Origin: Phoronis australis
Lineage: Eukaryota; Animalia; Phoronida
Direction: 5' to 3'
Assembly (NCBI GenBank): GCA_002633005.1
Contig: NMRA01000003.1
Coordinates: 2,164,727 to 2,228,726, forward strand
DNA: 64,000 bases
The translations under genes and the position numbers were made by a program. Every line of letters starts with the position of its first letter. The stretch's first letter is position 1. This document shows positions 52,950 through 64,000 of this stretch, one piece after another. The notes beneath the pieces are model-generated. The model had not been told where the DNA came from. It ran no database searches and worked only from the letters and a program-made list of their open reading frames with translations.

Positions 52950-54103
52950 TCATATTTGTGCACTGCTGATTTATCTCAGGAAGGACTTTCAAGTAAACTA
53001 CTCGTTATGGATAGGAAGGGATGTGAAGTTGTACCCTGGAATTAGCTGTTGATATGTGAATATATTATTATATTTTATTGAAATTCATGAGGATTTCTGG
53101 TCTTAAGTATTTTTCTCTAGTCTGGGTCTCATTACACTTTGTCTTCAGGGATGCTTACATTCATGAAAAGATGACTCGTGCTTTTGTGGCCCTCTGCCTT
53201 CTTTTAATTCATTTTTTCAAGGGTATAGTAGTGCTACTGCATCCTCTAGAGTGTGTGACTGATGGATAAACCTACACAGTTTGCAGTGTAATGTTTGAGT
53301 GTCACAAACTGACACAGTTTGTACTGTAATGTTTGACAGACAGACAAACCAATATCCTTTACGATTTTTTTTTGAAACTTTTGCAAATTGCACTCTTTTG
53401 TTTAAAGTGGCTGTGAACCCACGTCAAATCCTAAGAGGCGAATTTTACATTTAATGCTATTAAATTGAAGTCAATTAGTTTTTTATTTTGTTCGGATGAA
53501 AAGTGATATCAGGGTTTGCAAAGTACTGACATATCGTTATTCTTTAAGACCATGACCGGCACATTAAATGACAGGTCCTCACAAGCCGACATGTAGAACC
53601 AGCCCTGCCTTCAATAAAGAAATGGCTTTGAATAATTAGACGTCGCCAATGAACAATCTGCTTTCCATCTTGGTTTTGTTGGCGATGCAGCTTGAGAAAC
53701 ACTGGCTTAAAATGAAAGAACTTTCCGCGAGCGCTTCGTTCAATAGCACAATCTTGCGAAGTGTTTCTTTGATGAAAGGCTTGCATCAAGCAGTAACTAA
53801 ATGTCAGTTCTCTCAAAGCCTTGAAACCACATCCACTTTGACCAAGGAAAATTTGGTATCAATTTCTTTAGGGTTAGTGGTCTAAATCTTAAGTTTTTTA
53901 TGGCGGAAAGTTGGTTTAATACAAACTTGTTGGGAGACAGCGTGCTGGGATTTGAGTTCGTTACAAAAACCTCCCGTTTGGTTTCAACGTCAAAGGGCAG
54001 CAGTTCCTAAATTGAGGCTTGTTCACATATCAACCTGGTACATTGTTAAGCATTCCCTTGGTCTTTAGTTTGGCATCAAGACTGACATGCCAATTAATAG
54101 CCA

Positions 54104-54351
54104 CGGGCCCGTTGCAATTAGAGACTGACGCAAGTTAATTTTTTACCTAAGATTTGTCCTAACTTCCAAATTTTGAAACTTCCACATCCGGTAAGATAGT
54201 CAAAATTAAGACAAAAAAAATTATATCAAAAATTTCAGACAAACTTAAAATCTCTTTTTTGAAACGGTCTTGAGACAAATTTGAGTTATATTTTAAAATT
54301 TACTAAAATTTAAGATTCGTCTTGGCTGAGTCAGTTTTGTTGGAACGGGCC
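54104..54351. mobile_element. MITE with GGCCCGTT-type termini
   Basis: ggcccgttgcaat.agagactgac ... gtcagttttgttggaacgggcc. Confidence 0.55.
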
Positions 54352-55469
54352 TCAAGGTTCAAAGTGTCACATAAACCACACACCGACGGATATATTAATA
54401 ATGCATAAAAAGTGGTTCCAGATGATCAGTGCAATAGGTCCACTTGAACTCCTTGCACACGTCTGGTGCAGCATGCAGCAGACCGTCTGAAATATTTTTG
54501 TAATGTGTAGCAAAGAAGCGAACCTACGCGTGCATTTTGGTTGATTTTTAACGCCTTTCTCGGGGTGAAAATGATCCTAACTGAACTTTTTACGAGGATA
54601 TTTCAGAAGCCAAACAGTGCGACAAATCACCAGTTCTAGTCCACGATATATCAATTAACTTAGCCAGTGTTTTATTGCCGTGAAACCATAGCTAATGAGA
54701 TCGTTGCACTCGGTTACACCTCATAATAGGACCGGAGATCAGATTCCTCGAGTCAGTAAACAAACCTCTTGACAACAGCGGGAATTGTACAAATCTGTTG
54801 GCGACGTACAACGTGCCATGGGACGCTTCAAGTTCCTTATGTGCTGGAACACGAGTTCAAATCGGTCTTCCCGGCATTTGCAGTGACCTGTTAGTGAACT
54901 GAAATGTCGAAAGTCGTCAAGACTGAGGTTGCAACAACTATGCAATAAATCCCAGTAGAATTTTTTCGCGTTTGTCTCTCGAGTATCTTACGGGATTTTC
55001 ATGGAATTTGGGAAATTGGGTTTCTATCAGGTAGATGTCAACGCCTTCCTAATTACGGATAGTGTGTTCGATGTATTCTTGCCATCTAATGCGGCCATTA
55101 TTATCATACTTCCAATAAACACTACCAGAAGCACGGGCCAACTGTTTGCGGTGTTGGGCGCACTTCAAAGCTCTGCGTTGCTCTCGCAGTGTCTAAATTT
55201 CAGGGCTTGCAATTACGAATCACAAAAAGAGAAAAATCTAAGTGATGTATCGTTCCACAAATAAATAGGCTTGTGTAAGAAATATTTTTTGTGTTGTAAA
55301 TTTTCTCTGAAATAAACACCTTTGTATGAATAAAGTTAAAATAAAGAGAGACCAAAAAAGAAACTGGAAATCAAATAAGAGACAATCGAAACCAAAAAAG
55401 GAAATCCTCTTAAAAAAGAAAAATTCAAAGCCCTGAAACTTTAACGCGAAGAATTTTCAACAATCCGGG

Positions 55470-57455
55470 GAAAATGACATCGCCGGTGTCACCTAGCTGA
55501 AGATGTTTCTGTAGGGGCGCCGATCATAAGCGTGCTTCTAGGTGTTTTCACTGGAGCATAAAAATGGCCACTAAACGGCGCAAATTACGTCGAATCTGGC
55601 ATCCGAAAACTGGTATGTGTCATCAAGGCTATTTACTAAATTTCACAAAAATCCGTCAAGGAACTTCTGGGAAATAAAGGAAAACGAAAAATGAAATTGC
55701 CACTAAGAGGATGTAGGCACAAAAAACACGACTGTTACTAACAGGAGCCACAATAGATAGAGTTGTCGGAAAATCATCGTCAGACTTCCTCTTCACATTA
55801 GGAACATACATGCCAATTTCCACAACCATCCTTAGAGCAGCCAATTTTTATGGAAATCCATTGAGGACCTTTGAAGATACAGGTAAAATTTAAAAAAAAA
55901 CTAAAATTGCCACTCGGGGGGTAGCACACCGGTAGTCGGATCCAACCGAACGTCATCGTCGTTTGTTGTCAAAATCATGTAAGGTATACACATGTTAATT
56001 TAATAAAGATCCTGTAGAGGGTTTAGGAGATACAGTCATGAGAGAAAAAATGCCACTTGGAGGTACCACAGTTGTCAAAGTCGTCGGAAATCATCGTTAG
56101 TCCTCCTCTTCACATTAGGAACATATATGCAATATTCAGACCTATCCAAGCTCCGCCCCCTTGCGAAATGACGACAAACAAATGATAAGTTTTTCTCGGC
56201 AACGTGTTGTTTGTTGGGTAAAATGGCAGCTTAAAAACGAAGGCCAGATTGGTCACTTTAGCCGTCACTCAAAGTCCAGGCGATAGCTCATCATCCTTAG
56301 AGTAGTTTGGTTGAAAGAGGGTCAAATGCCAAAAAACAGACTTGAAAACAGTAAAAAAATGGCCAAAAGGTGGTACAAAATGCCTCGAATTCAACCGAAA
56401 ACCCGGATGATAGCGTCATCTCACGAACAGATGACCGATCTGCCAAATTTTAAGAAAATCCAATGACGACCTTTGAAGACACATAGGTAAACGTAAAAAA
56501 CTAAAATTGCCACTAGGGGGCACACCGGTAGCTTGATCTGTCCGAAAGTAGTCGTCCCGTGTTACCAACTTCCTATAAAAGCGCTAGCACTAAAATTCAA
56601 TAAAGATCCTGTAGAGCGTTTAGGAGGTGCAGCAATGGGCGCAAAAACAAACAAAACTGCCACTATAACAGGCGCCACAGGAGTTGAAGTTATCGCCCTT
56701 TTCACAGTAAGAACACATATGCCATATTTTAAAATCATCTCCAGAGCAGTTTGGTTAGTAGAAGGGCGGACGCCAAAAACAGACTCGAAAACAGTAAAAA
56801 AATGGCCACTAGGTGGCGCAAATTACCTCGAATCCGTCCGAAAACGTGAGGATGGCATCATCTTACTAATAGATGCCTAACTGCCAAATTTTATGAACAA
56901 ACATTGAGGACCTCCCAAGATACGAAGGTAAGCGTAAAAAAATAAAATTGCCACTAGGGGGCACACCGGTAGTTAGAGAAGTCCGAAAATCGGTCGTCGT
57001 CCGTCGCCAGCTTCATAAAAACACATCGGCCAAATCTCATCAAGATCCTGTGAGGGGTTAAGGAAATAAAACCAAGGGCGCAAAAACAAACAAAACTGCC
57101 ACTAGGAGACGCCACAGTAGTGGAAGTCGTCGGAAAATCATCGTCAGCCGCCCTCTTCACAATAAGAATGTATAAGCCAATTTTCAAAATCATCCCTAGG
57201 GCGGACGCCAAAAAGACTCGAAAACAGTAAAAATGGCCACTAGGTGACGCAAAGTACCTCGAATCCGTCCGAAAACGGGAGGATGGCTAACTTCCAAATT
57301 TCATGAAAATCCGTTGAGAATCTCCGAAGATACAAGCGTAGAAAACAAAAAATTCCACTAGGGGGCACACCCGTAGTCCGAGAGGTCCGAAATCCGTCGT
57401 CGTCCGTCGTCAATTTCATAGGAACACATCTGCCAACTCTCATCAAGATCCTGCA
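55470..57455 (-). repeat. HINE-like element with an internal array of diverged higher-order tandem repeats
   Basis: Recurring blocks aaattgccactagggggcacaccggtag, aagatcctgtagag, aaaatggccactaggtggcgc and gccaaattt; short terminal hairpin tgacatcgccggtgtca next to an A run at ~55475. Confidence 0.7.
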
Positions 57456-58180
57456 CATAAAAAATGACCGCACGGGATCAAAATACTATAGTGTCGTTCT
57501 CGCATTATGAAATGTAGTCTACACGGAAAATGAATCAAATGACTGGATCCAAACATAAAGTTTTTGACGTATAGACGTAACGTGAATCAGTTAGATGGTA
57601 TTAGTTCTTTATTATTTCCAAAAATAAGCTTAGATTGCACTATCCTTAACCATTATGGAAATGAATACATGTTTTTGATTCATACCCATAGGTTGGTAAT
57701 TAGGATGAAATTAGGATGAACTAATTCAGTCACCGGACTAGAATTCGTTAAAAGGTTAGCAAACCATGTTTGGATGATTTCAACCAAAACTGTCACCTGC
57801 TGATGCACCATTGGCGTCATTCTTTCAACTTGAAGGCAAGAATCAACTAAAAACTCATCATACCCTATGTTACATATTGGACATCATGGTCCTTGGTGGG
57901 TGGTCTTTTCCCACAGTTGCCATTAATTCGCTAAAAGCGTAAGTCACGCTTGCCCGTTTAGCAGACGTTGAAACTAATTTTTCAAATTTTCCTACGATCT
58001 TTTGAGGGTTATCGAGGGTCGTTACAGAGCATTATATTGTTTCAGAGAACTGGATGAGAAAATTGTTTTTAGTATCTGTTAATAGGCTAAAACGGGGTTT
58101 GGTATGCTTTTAAAATTTAAGCCTGCAGATGACGACTCTGTAATCCTTTTATTCCACAGATAAAAAGTGAAGAGATGGTG

Positions 58181-61100
58181 TCATAAGAAATACTTCGACA
58201 GAGCAGGATACTTTTCGCTGACATCGTCACATTTTCCAGTCCGCCACCAATTGTCAATGTCCTCGTAAAATGTCCTACGTTCAGTTGCATTATAAGTCAG
58301 TCTTGTACACAGACTGCAAATAGATGGCACTCGTGGATGAGACGCCAAGCGGTAATGTCTTTTCCATTCAAAGAATTTGTTGTACATCCGATCATCAGCA
58401 TCAACGGTTTTTAAGTAGGTGGCTAGCAGTTTCGGCGACTTAAAATCTGCGACGTTGACGTAACTGCCAGGTGGCAAAAATGAACTATAATCAGCGGATC
58501 CCAAAACGACCGGTACAATGCCCAATTTGAGAGTCCGCCAGCTTTTTTCGGTAAGATAATCTTCACAAAAACTGTTCTCAAACGCCATATAAAATTTATA
58601 ATCTTTGGCCATTGATAAACACGAATCATTGCATTTTTCTGTAGAACAGTGTCCAAACACGTCCACGGTCATGTATCTCCGTAACCTTCTCATGTAGTTC
58701 TCTCGTCTGCTGGTTGTTTTGCAGTTACTGACCAACCACATCGCTAACTTTGTCTTTCTTTTCGCAAAATTCTTTTTCAAGGTACTGGTAACCGTCGCTA
58801 CGGTCATGGCACCATATGGTGCGAAGATGTCCGAATCGCGCCTATACGACATGGTCCAATTAATCTCCCGCGCGAAGGATTTCAACGATTTAGTATGCAC
58901 TGGAGATTCTCTAAGATATAGCACTACGCGTTGCCATGGTGCCCGACTGGGCAACGCGTCTATATGATCAATGCTATTTCCCGAATATGCATGCACAATA
59001 ATGGCGGCACTTTCCGTAAATCTTGTCCTGTCATTGGTAAACTCGCACGTGACATTACAGAAACTTTTGGTGAAATCCACGCCGTATCCAATCCCGTAGT
59101 CTTCGTTACCTGGCATGTGGTTCCAAAACAGTACAACAGGTGATGCTCTCTCAAGACGATGAGTCTTTTCAAAAACTCTGCTTGCAACAAAATGCTTTGG
59201 AGTGTTAAGTGGATCTGCAACACAATAAATAACAGGCCTTAGCAGAATTGCAACACACGTATAAAACCCGCCAAAAAGTATCCGTGTTTTTTTTTCAAGA
59301 AACATTTGTCGTTTGTCGATACGGAGATAGACTGACAAACATACAGGCGGACAGACAGACAGATGGATGGAGAAAAACGAAGATGAAAAGTACGAAATAC
59401 CCAATGCATTTATCAGGACAACATAATCACGGGCGGCGCAACACTGAATAAGTGGGCTATAGCCCTCAAGCCCTCATGTGGTGCATTGCCCATAGATCAC
59501 GAGCGGCGTAGCACTAAAAAAAAGTAGGGGGCTATACCCCCAGCCCCCTGTGATACCCCGCTCATGATAATCAACTGTTTTTTTTCAAAAATTGAATGAA
59601 ACAAGTTTGTTATAAATTGAGTGTTATCTGACGTTTATGTAAAAGTAAGCCTATGTGTTTAGTGTAATGTAATACTAATATTCAATTGAAAATTTTGCTT
59701 TGGAATAAGAAATGAATCGTATGGACTACATTTTAACCCGAAATGCCCGGTCTGTCTGTTACCTGTAATTTTTTTAATGTACCGACCTCGATCATTGAAG
59801 GCAAAGTTCCAGTTCAAAACTGGTCAAAAACAGTACGTTTTCACCGTGACAGGAACATGGTAAGTTATTGTTCAGTCATATATTCTTTGCTTTTCGTAAT
59901 GTTTTACGACCATACACATTGCTGCCAAGAATGCATGCATCAGCGTGTTACTTCTGTTCTACCAAATTGAGACGAACAGGAAACAGAAAATTAATTTGTA
60001 TCACGATCAATATTGTTAAAAATGTTCGTATATCTGATGACTAGTTACGTACACATAGATTATAATCATACAAATATCTCTTTTTGTCAATCGAGTATCT
60101 TCAAAATTCAAACATTTATTCCAAAAACGAAAAATCAAAACTGGAAAATCATGTCATCGTTTACTGCCCAATTATAAGTAAATTCAAGCAACCCCTAATC
60201 AAAATCGTGTAGCAGATTTTGGCAATCTCCTGATGCCGGTAGATTACCATCCCCCCAAATCCCAAAACAACATTATAGGTACAAATGTATCGAATCCCTT
60301 AAAATCAAATATATTAAATCCATGAAAATCTGTACATGCAATGCTTCAGTTTATCTGTACATAGTTAAAAGATACCAAAGACGACTGAAAATGTAGAAAT
60401 CTTGAAATGGTAATTTCCTGTATTTGCTTATATTCAGGTAGCAGGACAGGTGAAGACAGGGAATGAGTTTGACCGGAAAATATGATTTTCATTGACGGCT
60501 CAAGTGGACCAAGCCAAACGGCCGACACACCCCCCCCCCNTCGCAGCTCATGTTCCTACTCCATACCCTTTTGGTCCCCTTGATACATACTTATGACTAT
60601 AGCTGCTATCGAACTGATGTTTAGTGAACGCGGCTTATTCGCATGGCTTCAATCAAAACTGCACCTACACTTGTTTGTTTAGAACAAGACAAAATTAAAA
60701 CTGGGCCATTTACCCCTTAGAAAAATGATCTCGATATGTTTTTTGTCAAAACGTCATTACCCTTACCGCGTAGAACATAGGGAGTTTCCACGAGCCGATA
60801 AGCTTAAGGTTATGCAGGTCCGTATCGACAAGTCTATGCAAAATACGAAAAAATAGACTTCAACACAGTAACAGCTATATTGTTTGAAAGCAGAAAACCT
60901 GTAGAATTTGATTTTGAAATACCAATGTGAAATTAATAGGGTCACGTAACCATGTCTTTTTAGTAAAATTTAGCAAAAACGGAAGTTACAAAGATAGCAA
61001 AGCCGCGGTATCAACAACACAACCAAACTTGGAGTAATGTAAATGATCCAGGTGAAATGTCAAAAACGCTGTTACAGTTTTCTAAATTCCTAATAGAGTT

Positions 61101-62483
61101 TTGAGAACACTGCATGATGTATACTAAAGTTTCATACGAATTCGGTCACCCGTCTCTGAGATATGATGTTCCAAAGTTGGCCAAATTTGGACATTTTTCT
61201 ATTGCCCTACATAAAAATCATTGGGATGGCCAGCCCTTTCTTAAGCTCAATCACTTCACAACAATCGCACACTCTTTTTCTAGCTGTAAGTTGCGACCGA
61301 TGCAATCTTGGCAAAGGATTTTTTACCGGTAAGTCCAGTTTTAGGGGTTAACCAAACTCTTACAACGAATCAACACTTCCCATTCTCCACAAAACGATCA
61401 ACACGCCCTGCGAAGCCATACCACGCACAAAAAAAAAATTACCACCGTACGTACTTGACCTACAACCACACAAGTATAGGGCACTCCTTACCACGGATGA
61501 TGGGACAATCAAGTGTTTTGGTACGTTCAAATTTTTATATCAGCTGCACGTTATGCAGCCTTTGAACCTGCGGTGACCTAACTTAGTTTGATCGGGTATC
61601 AGCGGCCTGGCGTACGAGCGTATCAAAACGTCTCTGTGTACATTTGAGATTAGTGAAATCCAGTGCCTGAAAGGTTCTCAGGGAGGGTTCTTCAGACTGG
61701 TATAAAATAGCTAATCCCGTGTCCGTGTTTTCAAAGAAGACGGCATTTTATGCACGACAGGCTACTAGTCGTGAAGGTGGACAATACCATACTTGATAGT
61801 GCAATGCGTTTTCGTGATTGCCATCGAGGACCGGTAGCTCGTTCCACCCAGTCTAATTTTGCTCTTGGGGAAAAAGGGGAGTTAGTTGCACGAGTGAGAC
61901 TTGCACACAGTATTGAAGGCGTACCATTTCAGATCTACGTAAGCCAATTACTTGTACTATACAGGAACACATTGCCAGAATCCTAGTAATGTTTTCCTGC
62001 TTTTGGTCATATATGCCCGCGTATGAAACTGCTGTGAGGAAAGTAAACATCACGGGCTTTGAGTCACGTTGTTAGACTTCCGGCATAGAAGACAACCCAT
62101 AGGCTATAATATTCATGTAAACCAATACCTAACTAACGAGTTATCCTAGCACTAAATTCACTGAGTGTTTTAACACTGTTCTCGATTAAAATTGAATCGC
62201 CTTCGACATTTACATTATCAATAGGCATGTACACTTATCCGTTGTACCTTGAATAACAACACTCACCAGATTGGTAATGACTGTATCGTCGTCTGTTAGT
62301 GTTCTCCTCTGAAAATTTAATTACGTCCCTTTCGAGCGGCCATTTCGCTTTAACATTCGCCCTATAACCTGATTCTATCATCATGAAAAGAAAGGATATA
62401 AAGAGGCCAGTTGTGGCGATCAGTATTGTAAAAGTTATCAGAAATACAGCATAAACTCGCATCCTTCGAAACCGTTTGCACAT
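58181..62483 (-). CDS. Alpha-1,3-fucosyltransferase (GT10), two exons 62483-62267 and 59214-58181, ~416 aa
   Basis: GT10 motifs ESP, NWTMSYRRDSDI..PYG, WLVSNC, VDVFGHC, YKFYMAFENSFCEDYLTEK, VPVVLG, LATYL. Exon 1 supplies a type II anchor (MCKRFRR + TM). The phase-1 join TCT G|gtgagt ... ttgcag|AT CCA restores the frame. Confidence 0.85.
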
Positions 62484-64000
62484 AGTTCACCGCCAGAGGA
62501 CGTTGAACCCCGACACAACATTAATCAAACTTTTCTCGGATGAGTAACGCAGGGAGTATTGCATTAATGACAAGCATCTGCTTTATGGTCATAAATCAGT
62601 GTAGCTCGCGGCCAGTAGCTCGCTGATGGTGTCGCCGGATGAATAACTACATTTGCGCGAATCATCCCACATATGGCAGCTTCTAAACTCACTGTACATC
62701 GATTATTCAATAGACATCCGTGTTTAACTACGTTAATTTGTTGAGCTGGCGAAAATTAAACAACTCTGCTCACTGCAACCGTCCAGTTCGCCCTTGTGCA
62801 CGAAAAGTCTCCTGGAGTGAACACAGTCGATATCATCCGCACAGCGTTCTATAAACCACCGACTTGCAGTCCTTCACAGATCGTCAGATGAACACTTATA
62901 AGACGGTGATAACTGTTGGTTTCGGAACCGTACGTGAAGATGGTGAAAATTTTTCGTCGCCAAGTAACTGCAACACGTATCAGTTACTTTCCTATCATCC
63001 AGCTGATCTGGTACACGACAGACTCCCTCTTTTCTAGTATCTGGCTGGTCACGGTACCTTCACAGACCTCGCGCCGTCTAATGCCGATACAAGTTATTAC
63101 AGCCCTAGGCTTTCTGATTCTGCTATTGATACAAGGTTCAAGTTTACATGGCGATTGCGTAACCAAGTTTTAAGGTGCAACGCAGTCACACATGAACCTT
63201 GCTATTATCAGTACTGTTTGTATAGCTCCACGGCGTTGGTCGTCGAATGTTTATCAGACAACAATCTTTGGCTGAAACATCGCCCGTTTGCAAGCAGTTT
63301 CTGCATGGCTGTCGGGCTGAATGAGTTTTCGGTTTTGCCCGTTAACTTTTTACTGCAGTTGTAAAGTCCCCGACTGATTTCACTTCACACATGGCATAAA
63401 AACTTGACCAAAGCAGTCAACCGTGTACATGTTTGCGTTGACACTTGTAAATGTCACATTTCGCCGGGCAAATGAGGTCGATAGGTCTAATTTAATTAAA
63501 GGGATATATTTACTAGTGAAATACTTCGTAGTTATGGGAGAATAACCAATAGTTCGAATTCTCTGCCAGAAGTGGATTATAACGACAGTTTTTCTCGGTT
63601 TCATAGGTTAATTCAGCTGTTTGTAAAACAAAGGAAAGGATTTTCGGCCAGATTATTTTGCTAACTATGCGCATTAGCCATTTCTGAAATACGAAGTCAC
63701 TTTTAAGATAATCCCATACGTTGGCCACATTTTGGCATTTCTCTATTATCCTTAACTTTTATCGTTAATAGATGTTTTAAAAAGTGTTTCCCTTGTGCGG
63801 AGTTGTAACGCCGACGACACGCCAAAAATAACCTCCCCCACACGTCGGACTCTTGTGCGTCGATGGCAGACACGGTCTAAGAAGACGATGAGCATGGGCG
63901 GAGTGTAGATTAGATAACAACTGCTTCTGGGCTTGGAAAGCACCGGCAGTTCATTATTGCTTGATACTACGTTGCATCACTTGGCTTGTTACGGCGGGTC

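Noticed and set aside
58181-59404. FUT11 orthologue extending the human 10q synteny
   Set aside because: Motifs look like the classical Lewis-type/invertebrate GT10 group rather than FUT10/11; orthology cannot be supported without a phylogeny.

Overview
Eukaryotic (animal, AT-rich, intron-containing) draft-assembly DNA, probably from a marine invertebrate. A lophotrochozoan is suggested by a mollusc-cellulase-type CBM2 and HINE-type repeats, but this is inference. Spliced genes reconstructed by hand from GT-AG boundaries and phase, in order: 5' half of WAPL (-, runs off the left edge); a secreted CBM2-like protein interrupted by an N gap (+); two divergent TMEM243-like paralogues arranged head-to-head (- and +); a two-exon Nodal (+); DNAJC12 (-) head-to-head with SIRT1 (+), with only 39 bp between the candidate start codons; and a two-exon GT10 alpha-1,3-fucosyltransferase (-). 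Introns and intergenic DNA carry MULE-like foldback elements, several MITEs, an L2/CR1 LINE relic, a Penelope relic, a tRNA-like head, a 164-bp palindrome and a HINE-like tandem array. Two direct duplications centred on single 'n' bases look like uncollapsed haplotypes; one captures an apparent presence/absence transposon polymorphism. Gene names come from recalled sequence similarity, not from database searches.
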